Below are positions 55,223 to 64,000 of a DNA stretch of 64,000 nt, one piece after another; the stretch's first letter is position 1; every line of letters begins with the position of its first letter. Source of the stretch: an uncultured Bacteriovoracaceae bacterium (lineage in GTDB: Bacteria > Bdellovibrionota > Bacteriovoracia > Bacteriovoracales > Bacteriovoracaceae); NCBI GenBank assembly GCA_938017795.1, contig CALIJZ010000029.1, forward strand, positions 23,109-87,108, given 5' to 3'. The notes below the pieces were generated by a model. The model was not told where the DNA came from, searched no databases, and worked only from the letters and a program-made list of their open reading frames with translations. Both the position numbers and the translations under genes were made by a program.

Positions 55223-56611
55223 TTATATCGCTAGAGCGTAAGAAACAATTCCAAAATAAATTAAAAGTCCTGTGATATCAACAAATGTAGTTATTGCTGG
55301 ACTAGCTGCAACTGCAGGGTCACCTCCTAATCTTTTAACTAGTAATGGAAGAGCTGTTCCGATCATGGCTGAAGTAATAACCTGGAGTGCGATTGCTAGA
55401 GAAATATAGAAACCTATTGCAAAATAACTTAGGCTATCAGGGATCTGAACATGATCACTCAGAAAAGCAATATTTAAAAAGACTAATAAAGCTACACATA
55501 CAGAAAGTAGGATAGAGATCTTTGTTTCTTTTAAGATAATTCTAACCCAATTAGAATCTTTGATCTCACCTAAAGCCATTGCTCTAATGACAACTGTCGC
55601 CGCTTGTGAGCCTGAGTTACCACCAGTTGCTGCCATCATAGGCATATATAATGCTAGAATCATAAGACTAGAGAGCGTATCTTCAAATTTATGTACAATA
55701 ATTCCTGAGATTAATCCAATGGCAGCTAGACCTATAATCCAGAAAACCCTTTTCTTGAAATGATAAAATGTCGTTGTTTCCATGTAGGAGAGATTATCTT
55801 CAGTTGGAACAATCCCCATGAATTTCTCCATGTCTTCAGTTTGTTCTGCCCGTAGAACATCCATTGCATCATCATGGTGAACAATTCCAACTAATTGTTG
55901 GTAAGTATTTAAAACAGGTATCGCTACCAGATCGTATTTTTCAATCTTCTTTGCTACGGATTCTTGGTCTTCAGATAATTCAGCATAAATTACAAACTCG
56001 CTAATTATATCTTTGATTTTGGCTTTTGGATCGCAAAAGAGGAGGTCTTTTAATGTTAAAATACCTTGCATTTTCATCGATTCATTAACGACATAAAGGT
56101 AATATATCATTTTTTTTGAAGGTGCGTCTGATCGTAGTTTTGCTAAAGCTTCTTGAGCACTCATTTCAATTAAAATGGTGGCAAAGTCGGTAGTCATGAT
56201 ACCACCTGCCGTTTCAGAAGGGTAAGAGCTTAAAACGATAACATCTTCACGGATTTTTTTATCTAAAAATGGAAGGAATTCATTTTGTTCATCAAGGGAG
56301 AGTTCTTTATAAATATCAGCTCTAACGTCGGAGGAGATATGTTTATAGATGCTGGCAAATTTTTGCTTTTCTAAAGTTCTAAAAATATCAATATTAGTAT
56401 CAAGATCAAGTTCTGAAAAAATTCTTCCTTTTTCTTCTAATTTTAAAGGAGATAGATATTTTAAAATATCTTCAGTCTCTTTAGTACTTAAAAAATCGAT
56501 TGCTTTTGCCGTAGGCATTTCTTCTAACATTTCAGTTAGTTTTTTTATGTCTCCTTGTAACTCAAGAGCTTCAAGAAGAGTTGAATCTTCAGTGACTTCT
56601 TTATTTTCCAT
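55223..56611 (-). CDS. mgtE: Magnesium transporter MgtE
   Basis: MgtE_N region, CBS pair (GILTLKDLL ... GIVHHDDAMDVL), and TM domain with PMMAATGGNSGSQA and PAITTFVDITGLLIYF. Confidence 0.9.
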   Translation of the reverse strand: MENKEVTEDSTLLEALELQGDIKKLTEMLEEMPTAKAIDFLSTKETEDILKYLSPLKLEEKGRIFSELDLDTNIDIFRTLEKQKFASIYKHISSDVRADIYKELSLDEQNEFLPFLDKKIREDVIVLSSYPSETAGGIMTTDFATILIEMSAQEALAKLRSDAPSKKMIYYLYVVNESMKMQGILTLKDLLFCDPKAKIKDIISEFVIYAELSEDQESVAKKIEKYDLVAIPVLNTYQQLVGIVHHDDAMDVLRAEQTEDMEKFMGIVPTEDNLSYMETTTFYHFKKRVFWIIGLAAIGLISGIIVHKFEDTLSSLMILALYMPMMAATGGNSGSQAATVVIRAMALGEIKDSNWVRIILKETKISILLSVCVALLVFLNIAFLSDHVQIPDSLSYFAIGFYISLAIALQVITSAMIGTALPLLVKRLGGDPAVAASPAITTFVDITGLLIYFGIVSYALAI

Positions 56612-56695
56612 AGTTCTTTACTTATACATATATCATATCAGATAAATCTTAGATGAATACATTGAGTTTTAAGCATATCGAATGACTTGGTTTAA

Positions 56696-57157
56696 TTAGA
56701 GAGTATTAAGTTCTATCTGATAGCTAGCTATCGTTTTAAGGCTCTGCTTAAAAAGCCTTTGATCTTCAATAGGAATTTCACCTAATCTTGAAATATCAAT
56801 ATTAAAACCAGCTACAATTTTCTTAGATTCAGTGCGATTAAACTCTATTTCAACTTCAAAGTGTCTATCCCTTCCAATGCTAGAGTAGATCCATCGTGCC
56901 TGCAAAACCTGAATTGGGTTGTTTTCAAGACATGAAAACCCATCAGTTCCCCTTAAGCCATCGTGGAGTTTACGACAGTTATCTCGATTAGAAATAAATA
57001 CATCTCCATCTTTTAGCCGATAATATAGTGCACCGTTTAACAGAGGTTCTTCTACAACAAGGATATGGTCGTCCTTATCAATGGCTATTATGACATTGAC
57101 GTCTTGGGAGAAGGACTTTGATCCTAAAATAGAGAGTAAAATGAGTGCTAATTTCAT
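56696..57157 (-). CDS. Small secreted protein of unknown function
   Basis: Signal peptide MKLALILLSILGSKSFS. No recognisable domain. Confidence 0.45.
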   Translation of the reverse strand: MKLALILLSILGSKSFSQDVNVIIAIDKDDHILVVEEPLLNGALYYRLKDGDVFISNRDNCRKLHDGLRGTDGFSCLENNPIQVLQARWIYSSIGRDRHFEVEIEFNRTESKKIVAGFNIDISRLGEIPIEDQRLFKQSLKTIASYQIELNTL

Positions 57158-57274
57158 AATATTGATTTTCTTACATTATTTAGAATAGATATGTCGAATG
57201 ACTAATAAAAGAGTAAGTAGAAGATACACTCTTTTGGCTTTAATGATCAGAAGCAATAAAGTAAACTTCCTATT

Positions 57275-60200
57275 ATGTTTGAAATACAAAAACATTTAAA
57301 AAAGAGAGTTTTGATTATTGATGGAGCGATGGGTACCATGATCCAACGATATAAGTTGGAAGAAGCTGATTATCGTGGAGCCAGATTTAAAGATTATCAC
57401 TTAAATTTAAAAGGCAATAATGATCTTTTAACATTAAGCAATCCAAAAATTATTGAGGAAATTCATTGTGCTTATCTGGAAGCAGGTGCTGATATTATTG
57501 AAACGAACACTTTCAGTGCAACTACTATTTCGATGGGTGATTACGAAATGGAGGAGTTAGCCATTGAAATGAACTTAGAATCTGCTAAGATCGCTAAAAG
57601 AGTGGCAGATAAGTTTTCGACTCCTGATAAGCCTAGGTGGGTTGCAGGTTCAATAGGTCCAACTAACAAAACAGCTTCTCTTTCACCTGATGTGAATCGA
57701 CCAGGCTTTAGGGCCATTGACTTTGATGAACTTTATATAGCTTATAAAGAACAGACTAAAGCCTTAATAGATGGTGGCGTAGACTTATTATTAGTAGAAA
57801 CTATTTTTGATACATTAAATTCTAAAGCAGCACTTAAAGCCATCTATGATTACTTTTCTGAACAAAGTATTGAGTTACCTGTTATGGTTTCCGGTACAAT
57901 TACTGATGATAGTGGACGAGTTCTATCTGGACAAACTCTAAAAGCATTTATGTATTCAGTTTCTCATTTTCCTTTGTTATCTATTGGAGTTAATTGTGCT
58001 TTTGGGGCCGATAAGATGAAACCTTATATAAGAGAGCTAGCTCAAGATGCTAACTTTTATACTTCTGCTTATCCTAATGCTGGTCTTCCTAATGAAATGG
58101 GTGAATACGATCACACTCCTGAAATGATGGGAGAGATAATCAAGGACTTACTTGAGTCTAAATCACTAAATATTGTTGGTGGATGTTGTGGTACGACAGA
58201 TGAGCATATCAAAATTATCGCAGATATTGCTAAAGAATTTCAACCAAGATTACCGGAAGAGCAATCTCCTAGTTTTAGAGCAAGTGGCTTAGAACCCTTA
58301 ATGGTTTTTGAGCAATCAAACTTTATTAATGTAGGAGAAAGAACAAATGTAACAGGTTCTAAAAAATTTAGAACTTTGATAGAAAATAATGAATTAGAAA
58401 AAGCTTTGAGTGTAGCAAGAGACCAAGTTGAAGGTGGAGCGCAAATCCTTGATGTTAATATGGATGAGGGGATGATTGACTCTCAATCAATGATGAGAGA
58501 ATTTTTAAATTTAATTGGGAGTGAACCAGATATTTGTAAAATTCCAATAATGGTTGATTCTTCCAAATGGGAAGTTATTGAAGAAGGTTTAAAATGTTTA
58601 CAAGGCCGGGGTGTCGTTAATTCAATCTCTCTGAAAGAAGGGGAGAAAGACTTCTTAGAAAAAGCTCACTTAGTAAAAAAATATGGAGCAAATGTAATAG
58701 TGATGGCCTTTGATGAAACAGGTCAGGCCGATACGTTTGAGCGAAAAATCCAAATATGTGAAAGAGCTTATAAACTTTTAGTTGATAAAGTTGGATTGCC
58801 TCCAGAGTCAATTATTTTTGATCCAAATATTTTGGCAATTGGTACAGGAATAGAAGAACATAATGATTATGCAATTCATTTTATAAATGCTTGTAAGTGG
58901 ATCAAGGAAAATCTTCCATATGCTAAAGTAAGTGGCGGGGTTAGTAATTTATCTTTTTCTTTTCGAGGAAACAACGTTGTAAGAGAAGCTATGCACTCTT
59001 CTTTTTTATATCATGCTACTAAAGCTGGAATGGATATGGGGATTTTGAATCCTAATATGATTACAGTCTATGAAGATATCCCTAAAGATCTATTAGAAAA
59101 AGTTGATGATGTTCTATTTAACAGAAATCCCGATGCAACAGAAAACCTCGTCGAGTTTTCTCAAGGGCTTACGCAAGAAAAAAAGATTGGTAAAAAAAAT
59201 GATGAATGGAGAAAATTAAGTCTTGAAAAAAGATTAGAACATGCTCTTGTAAAAGGAATTATTGATTATATAGATGCCGATACTATGGAGGCTCTTGAAA
59301 AATATAACGAGCCAATTAAAGTGATTGAAGGACCTTTAATGAATGGAATGAGTGTCGTTGGAGACTTATTTGGAGCAGGTAAGATGTTTCTTCCTCAGGT
59401 TGTTAAAAGTGCACGAGTTATGAAGAAGTCTGTGATGATTTTAGAACCGTTTCTAAATGATGCTTCTCAAAAAGTTATCAAAAAGAAAGGAAAAATTCTT
59501 CTAGCAACAGTTAAAGGTGATGTACATGATATTGGAAAGAATATCGTAGGCGTTGTGCTTGCATGTAATAATTATGATGTAATTGATCTTGGTGTGATGG
59601 TGACTTGTGATAAAATTCTAGAAAAAGCAATTGAAGAAGATGTAGATATAATTGGGCTTAGTGGGTTAATTACACCATCGTTGGATGAGATGGTTCATGT
59701 TGCTAAAGAAATGGAAAGAAAAAATATTAAAGTTCCTCTTTTGATTGGGGGAGCTACTACATCTAAGATCCATACTGCAGTAAAAATTGATCCAAATATC
59801 TCAAGTTCTGTCGTTCATGTTGTTGATGCTTCTAGATCTGTTCCGATTGTTAGTGAGATCTTAAGTACTGATAAGCGTGAACAATATATCTTAGATACAA
59901 AAAATAATTATGAACAAATGAGGGAAAAATACCACCTAAGTAAGCAAAGCCAAAATCTTTTAAGTTTCACTGAAGCTCAAAGAAATAAGCTTAAAATAAA
60001 CTGGGATAGCTATAATGCACCTGAACCAACATTTATTGGTAATAAAATTATTGACGATATAAAAGTTGCAGATTTAGTTCCTTATATTGATTGGTCACCA
60101 TTTTTTATGACTTGGAGGTTGCGAGGTACTTATCCTAAAATTTTAAAAGATAAAGTTTATGGAGAGCAAGCAACTAAGGTCTTTGATGATGCTAAAGAAA

Positions 60201-60895
60201 TCTTAGATAGAATTATTAAAGAAGACCTATTAACCCCAAAAGCAGTCATTGGCTTTTATAAAGCTCATTCTAAAAATGAAGATATTATTTTACCAGAGAC
60301 AAGCGAAACCTTTCATATGCTAAGGGCCCAAAAGAAGATGACTCAACAAGGCTCTAAAAACTTATGTTTGGCTGACTTTATATCTCCAGATAATGATTAT
60401 CTTGGAATGTTTGTAGTGACTTCTGGCTCTGAAGGGGATGATATAGCTAAAGAGTATGAATTAGATGGAGATGATTATAATTCTATCATGGTCAAGGCAC
60501 TTGCTGATCGACTAGCTGAAGCATTTGCGGAGAAGCTTCACGAAATGGTGAGGACTCGTTACTGGGGCTATTGTAAAGAAGATTTAAGTAAAAATGAACT
60601 CATCAGAGAAAAATATCAAGGTATTAGACCAGCACCCGGTTATGCAGCTTGTCCCGATCATAGATCAAAAGAGAAAATTTTTAAATTACTAGATTGTGCT
60701 AACAGTATCGGGGTCGAATTAACCGAATCAATGGCCATGACTCCAGGCTCAAGTGTGTCTGGTTGGTATTTCGCTCATCCTGAATCACGATACTTTAATG
60801 TTGGAACAATGGGAGAAGATCAGTTAAAAGATCTATCTCTAAGAAGAGACGAGTCTGTTAAAATTAATTATAAATGGTTACAAAATAATTTATAA
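57275..60895 (+). CDS. metH: Cobalamin-dependent methionine synthase
   Basis: 1206 aa with Hcy-binding (GGCCGTT), pterin-binding, B12-binding (GDVHDIGKN) and AdoMet-activation ([12 protein letters not shown]) modules in canonical order. Confidence 0.95.
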   Translation: MFEIQKHLKKRVLIIDGAMGTMIQRYKLEEADYRGARFKDYHLNLKGNNDLLTLSNPKIIEEIHCAYLEAGADIIETNTFSATTISMGDYEMEELAIEMNLESAKIAKRVADKFSTPDKPRWVAGSIGPTNKTASLSPDVNRPGFRAIDFDELYIAYKEQTKALIDGGVDLLLVETIFDTLNSKAALKAIYDYFSEQSIELPVMVSGTITDDSGRVLSGQTLKAFMYSVSHFPLLSIGVNCAFGADKMKPYIRELAQDANFYTSAYPNAGLPNEMGEYDHTPEMMGEIIKDLLESKSLNIVGGCCGTTDEHIKIIADIAKEFQPRLPEEQSPSFRASGLEPLMVFEQSNFINVGERTNVTGSKKFRTLIENNELEKALSVARDQVEGGAQILDVNMDEGMIDSQSMMREFLNLIGSEPDICKIPIMVDSSKWEVIEEGLKCLQGRGVVNSISLKEGEKDFLEKAHLVKKYGANVIVMAFDETGQADTFERKIQICERAYKLLVDKVGLPPESIIFDPNILAIGTGIEEHNDYAIHFINACKWIKENLPYAKVSGGVSNLSFSFRGNNVVREAMHSSFLYHATKAGMDMGILNPNMITVYEDIPKDLLEKVDDVLFNRNPDATENLVEFSQGLTQEKKIGKKNDEWRKLSLEKRLEHALVKGIIDYIDADTMEALEKYNEPIKVIEGPLMNGMSVVGDLFGAGKMFLPQVVKSARVMKKSVMILEPFLNDASQKVIKKKGKILLATVKGDVHDIGKNIVGVVLACNNYDVIDLGVMVTCDKILEKAIEEDVDIIGLSGLITPSLDEMVHVAKEMERKNIKVPLLIGGATTSKIHTAVKIDPNISSSVVHVVDASRSVPIVSEILSTDKREQYILDTKNNYEQMREKYHLSKQSQNLLSFTEAQRNKLKINWDSYNAPEPTFIGNKIIDDIKVADLVPYIDWSPFFMTWRLRGTYPKILKDKVYGEQATKVFDDAKEILDRIIKEDLLTPKAVIGFYKAHSKNEDIILPETSETFHMLRAQKKMTQQGSKNLCLADFISPDNDYLGMFVVTSGSEGDDIAKEYELDGDDYNSIMVKALADRLAEAFAEKLHEMVRTRYWGYCKEDLSKNELIREKYQGIRPAPGYAACPDHRSKEKIFKLLDCANSIGVELTESMAMTPGSSVSGWYFAHPESRYFNVGTMGEDQLKDLSLRRDESVKINYKWLQNNL

Positions 60896-61139
60896 ATATG
60901 ATCTCTCAGTAAATTTTTAGTTACTAAATTAAGTGTGTGAATAATTATTAAGAATTTTATCAATAATCACTTAAAAGATGTTTGCAACTTTTAAATTGAA
61001 ATTCGCAGGAAATTATCTGGTAAGCCTACTATAGTGCTCATAACTAATCCGTGAGAGTGACACCTAAGTGATTGATTTTATTTGTGTTTATGTTCTCGTA
61101 GTAAACTAACTCTAATGAATTATAGGACTAACTGAATTT

Positions 61140-63635
61140 ATGAGAATTTCTCTTTTGCTCTCTACATTATTATTAATTAGTTGCATAAATAATAAGAATG
61201 CAATGTTATTTGGATTTTCTGATATTCAATCTGCTTCTGTAGATCTTGATCCAATTGATCTATCTGCCATTTTAGGTCCAAATAATTTTACCGGAACATG
61301 TGCTCCTGAGAACTCAACAGTCACAGTTAAATGTGATGCTGGAGTAAGTAGTGCTGTCAATTGTGTAAATGGGAAATTTATTGCTACAAATGTCTTAATA
61401 AATTCAATACCAGTAACATGTGAAGCATATATTTCATTGAACGATACAACAGTAGTAGATGAAGAAGATGCAGTTTTAAGTCCTCCGATTATTAGTAATA
61501 TCTCTGATCAAACAACTGATGAAGATATGAACAAAATTATAAACTTTATGATCTCAGATTCTGATGGAGTATTAAATTGTTTAAGTAGCATGAATTTTAG
61601 TGGGCAAGACCCTTTGAAAGTTCAAAGTATCACATTTTCTGGAGTTGCTCCAAATTGTAGTGCTACTATCGTGCCAATAGGAGATGCTTTTGGATCTGAC
61701 AGTATGATTGTTTTTACCCTAACAGATTCAGACGGGAGAAGTGTTGCCGATGATTTTGATTTAATAATTAATCCAATAAATGATATTCCTAATATTGCAA
61801 CCATTGCAGATCAATCCACTACAGAAGATATAGCACGTTCAATTAATTTTGTTATTAGCGATATCGATTCAACTATTAATTGTAGCAATGTTTCAATACA
61901 AGGTAGTTCAAATGCAACTTTAATTCCGACTGCAAATATCGTAATTAGTGGTGCCGGTACAAATTGTACTGTTACGATGACACCTCTTAATAACCAAAGT
62001 GGATTTTCAGATATTACACTTCGACTGACAGATATTGGAACTCCAATCCCGGCCGAAACATTTGATGAACTATTTAGATTAACGGTAACGAGTGTTGATG
62101 ATCCTCCAGTAATAAGTAATATTTTAAATCAAAGTACAGAAGAAAACACTAATAAGGTTGTCAGTTTTACTATTAATGATGTTGATAGCGTTTTGAATTG
62201 CACTACCAGTATGAGTACTAGTGGTGTTGATGCAGGATTAATTCAAAGTATAGTATTTTCTGGAACTGCTCCCAATTGTATTGCGACTATATCGCCGGTT
62301 GCGAACGCAACTGGAATTGATTCTGCTGTAACATTCATAGTAAGTGATGCCTCCCAAAGTGTTAATGACAGTTTTGATTTTGAAATTTTAGCCTGTCCTG
62401 ATTCAACTATAAGTTTAAATTTTAATGTTGTAGCAAGTGATTTAACTGGATTGGTGAGAGTTGATTCAAACGACGATCCACTCTCTATAAACTGGGGAGA
62501 TGGTAGTCCGGCGGAGCCAATAAATGGAAGTTTAATACATGCATATGCTTCTGTCGGTCCTAATACTGTTACCATTACTGGTTGTATGAAAGACATAACT
62601 AGCTTTGATTTGTATCAAGGACCATCAAATACGGATAGTTATTTCAGTGGAGGTCTACCTAATTTAAGTGGTATGACGAATTTAGGTTTTTTAAATTTAG
62701 GTTATAATGAATTAAGCGGTAGCTTAACAGCTAGTAGCTTTGCAAATAATACGTTGTTATTTAATCTAAGATTAAATAATAATCAGTTTACCGGAGCCTT
62801 GCCGACAGGAGTTTTTGATAATAATCCATTACTTCAATATATTTCTCTAAGTAATAACAAATTCAGTGGGACTCTACCAGCGGGAATTTTTGATAATAAT
62901 ACCGTTTTAAGTGCATTATATTTTAATAATAACCAATTCAGTGGAGCTTTACCGGCTGGAGTTTTTGACAATAACCCTGGTCTTTTATTTTTGATTTTTA
63001 ATACGAATCAATTTAATGGTGCATTACCTGCTGGGATCTTTGATAACAATACAGCGTTAAAATATTTAAACTTTCATACTAATCAATTCAGTGGAGTTCT
63101 ACCTTCTGGAATTTTTGATAATAATACGTCTTTAATTCAATTATATTTTAATAGTAATCAATTTAGTGGGGCATTGACTTCGACTATCTTTGATAATCTT
63201 GCTTCAGTGGTCAATTTAGTTTTTAGTGATAATCAATTTAGTGGTCTATTACCTTCTGGGATTTTTGATAATATTATTTCTGTGAAGACGTTGTCCTTAA
63301 ATAGTAATCTGTTTACTGGAGCTCTACCAGTAGGGGTTTTTGATAATATAATAGATGCAATTAATATTAATATTTATGGAAATGATTTTACGACCTCGGC
63401 GAGTTTAATAAATAATAATAAATTAACTGCTTTTACAGCTTCGAGTAATCAATTTGATATTAACAGCATTAACTCTTTTCTTGTAGATTTAGATACAAGT
63501 GGTGCCCCAGGTTCCACTTCATCAGCTGCAGGGTATAAATTAGAAAACCAGAGTCCTTTGGCTCCTCCTAGTGGGGGAGGTTTAACAGCAAAAAATAATA
63601 TGGTTGGTGCAGGGTTGTTTGTTACGACTGATTAG
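61140..63635 (+). CDS. Lipoprotein with three Ig/cadherin-like repeats and about ten 24-residue leucine-rich repeats
   Basis: Lipobox LLISC. Three ~100-aa units share P.ISNI.DQ(T/S)T.ED....(I/V).F.I.D.DS.LNC...APNC.ATI.P. These are followed by repeats of LxxLxFxxNQFSGALPxGIFDNNxx. Confidence 0.65.
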   Translation: MRISLLLSTLLLISCINNKNAMLFGFSDIQSASVDLDPIDLSAILGPNNFTGTCAPENSTVTVKCDAGVSSAVNCVNGKFIATNVLINSIPVTCEAYISLNDTTVVDEEDAVLSPPIISNISDQTTDEDMNKIINFMISDSDGVLNCLSSMNFSGQDPLKVQSITFSGVAPNCSATIVPIGDAFGSDSMIVFTLTDSDGRSVADDFDLIINPINDIPNIATIADQSTTEDIARSINFVISDIDSTINCSNVSIQGSSNATLIPTANIVISGAGTNCTVTMTPLNNQSGFSDITLRLTDIGTPIPAETFDELFRLTVTSVDDPPVISNILNQSTEENTNKVVSFTINDVDSVLNCTTSMSTSGVDAGLIQSIVFSGTAPNCIATISPVANATGIDSAVTFIVSDASQSVNDSFDFEILACPDSTISLNFNVVASDLTGLVRVDSNDDPLSINWGDGSPAEPINGSLIHAYASVGPNTVTITGCMKDITSFDLYQGPSNTDSYFSGGLPNLSGMTNLGFLNLGYNELSGSLTASSFANNTLLFNLRLNNNQFTGALPTGVFDNNPLLQYISLSNNKFSGTLPAGIFDNNTVLSALYFNNNQFSGALPAGVFDNNPGLLFLIFNTNQFNGALPAGIFDNNTALKYLNFHTNQFSGVLPSGIFDNNTSLIQLYFNSNQFSGALTSTIFDNLASVVNLVFSDNQFSGLLPSGIFDNIISVKTLSLNSNLFTGALPVGVFDNIIDAININIYGNDFTTSASLINNNKLTAFTASSNQFDINSINSFLVDLDTSGAPGSTSSAAGYKLENQSPLAPPSGGGLTAKNNMVGAGLFVTTD
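61484..62390 (+). repeat. Three in-frame repeats of about 300 bp (Ig/cadherin-like modules)
   Basis: Units start near 61484, 61771 and 62094, each beginning (P/D)(P/I)(I/P).(S/N)I...Q(T/S)T.E(D/N). Confidence 0.7.
62661..63395 (+). repeat. About 10 tandem 72-bp (24-codon) leucine-rich repeats
   Basis: Recurring aatcaatt(c/t)agtgg..c.ttacc..ctgg.atttttgataataat units, in frame throughout. Confidence 0.9.
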
Positions 63636-64000
63636 ACTTATATTCTATGAAAATATAATTGTATTCTTTGGACTAGTCTTTAGAACCTACAGTAAGAATC
63701 GTGTGAATAATAAAGTAAAAATGTCCTCACTCCTGAGGCGGCAACTGCCTTGGGATAGAGTCAGTACTAATCTCCCACTGCTTTTTTCATGGTAATACGG
63801 AACGGAGTCCACAAAATAGGATCTTCGAAGTATTGAAAACTTAAATCATTAGAACTTCTTAACGGCACTATAAGGGTTCTCACTTTAGTTAGTTTGTTGA
63901 ACATCTACAAAGAGATGGGTTTGGAAATCTTACATCTTATCTCAGTATCAGAAACATTTCAGTCCAGGAAAAAGTGATAAAGCAAAAAAAATGTAGGAAA

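Noticed and set aside
56612-57274. M-box riboswitch upstream of mgtE and a cobalamin or SAM riboswitch upstream of metH.
   Set aside because: The intergenic regions are only about 84 and 117 nt, are very AT-rich and lack the conserved cores such as the B12 box. They are too short for these aptamers.
62661-63395. Regular 72-bp repeats that could be mistaken for a CRISPR-like array or a satellite.
   Set aside because: The repeats are in frame within one long ORF and encode leucine-rich repeats. There is no repeat-spacer alternation and no cas genes.
3273-63795. Short track ORFs lying inside or antisense to longer genes. Examples are 3273..3548, 5696..5893, 5906..6094, 6578..6955, 10511..10786, 18205..18399, 19340..19552, 19700..19912, 21202..21417, 23297..23491, 24191..24415, 24664..24885, 25355..25573, 27996..28199, 29402..29587, 31309..31503, 33652..33879, 34230..34463, 36566..36814, 38124..38345, 43022..43237, 45485..45670, 47556..47765, 51978..52160, 53451..53633, 55560..55763, 56349..56645, 58617..58811, 61622..61804, 62243..62596 and 63604..63795.
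   Set aside because: Each one overlaps a longer ORF that has clear family motifs or a signal peptide. They have low-complexity or odd composition and no ribosome-binding site that I could see. This is typical of shadow ORFs in AT-rich DNA.
63636-64000. RNase P RNA, tmRNA, SRP RNA or 6S RNA in the terminal non-coding region and in the other long spacers (26816..27108, 32327..32463, 48497..48719, 60896..61139).
   Set aside because: The conserved cores were not found. These include GGAAAGTCCGGGC for RNase P, the tRNA-like ends of tmRNA, and GGAAGGAAGCAGCC for SRP. AGTCCAGG at about 63965 is only a weak resemblance.

Overview
This is an AT-rich chromosomal segment (by eye about one-third G+C) from a Gram-negative bacterium. 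Lipoboxes, a beta-barrel OMP, a BamE-like lipoprotein and an SLT transglycosylase support the Gram-negative call. The many orphan secreted proteins would fit a Bdellovibrio-like or Oligoflexia-type organism, but that is only a guess. I support 54 protein genes, one candidate small ORF, one tRNA-His, five hairpin terminators and four in-frame coding repeats. I saw no rRNA, CRISPR array, transposase or integrase. (1) nt 1-20130 is a large surface-glycan locus. It holds a NeuB-type ulosonic-acid synthase fused to a cupin, a Gfo/Idh/MocA oxidoreductase, a 2OG-oxygenase-like protein and a GtrB/ArnC-like GT2. It also has a flippase-like membrane protein, three GT-C-like polytopic proteins, three membrane-anchored SGNH-like proteins and a Zn-ribbon methyltransferase. 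Two diverged copies of a cytidylyltransferase plus HP-motif transferase module complete it. (2) nt 20.2-32.3 kb is accessory-looking: lipoproteins, tRNA-His, an M.HhaI-like orphan C5-cytosine methyltransferase coupled to a flavoprotein, DedA and two large orphan secreted proteins. (3) nt 32.4-61 kb is mostly housekeeping: metallophosphoesterase, RluA-family synthase, PrkA, cysteine desulfurase, nadA, parAB, gdh, pfkA, rlmH, rsfS, obg, rpmA, rplU, Crp-like regulator, mgtE and metH. Oddities are interspersed here: a MACPF-signature secreted protein with a poly-Asp/Trp insert, L21 with a lysine/alanine-rich plus helix-hairpin-helix tail, a ComM N-domain-only ORF and a lipoprotein with a 273-bp tandem duplication. 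(4) nt 61.1-63.6 kb encodes a lipoprotein with three Ig/cadherin-like repeats and about ten 24-residue SGxLP-type leucine-rich repeats. The best candidates for something undescribed are the GT-C-like protein plus 8-Cys domain module (present both fused and split), the duplicated CMP-donor modules, and the MACPF-like protein. All functional calls rest on motifs read by eye and remembered family signatures; no searches were run.
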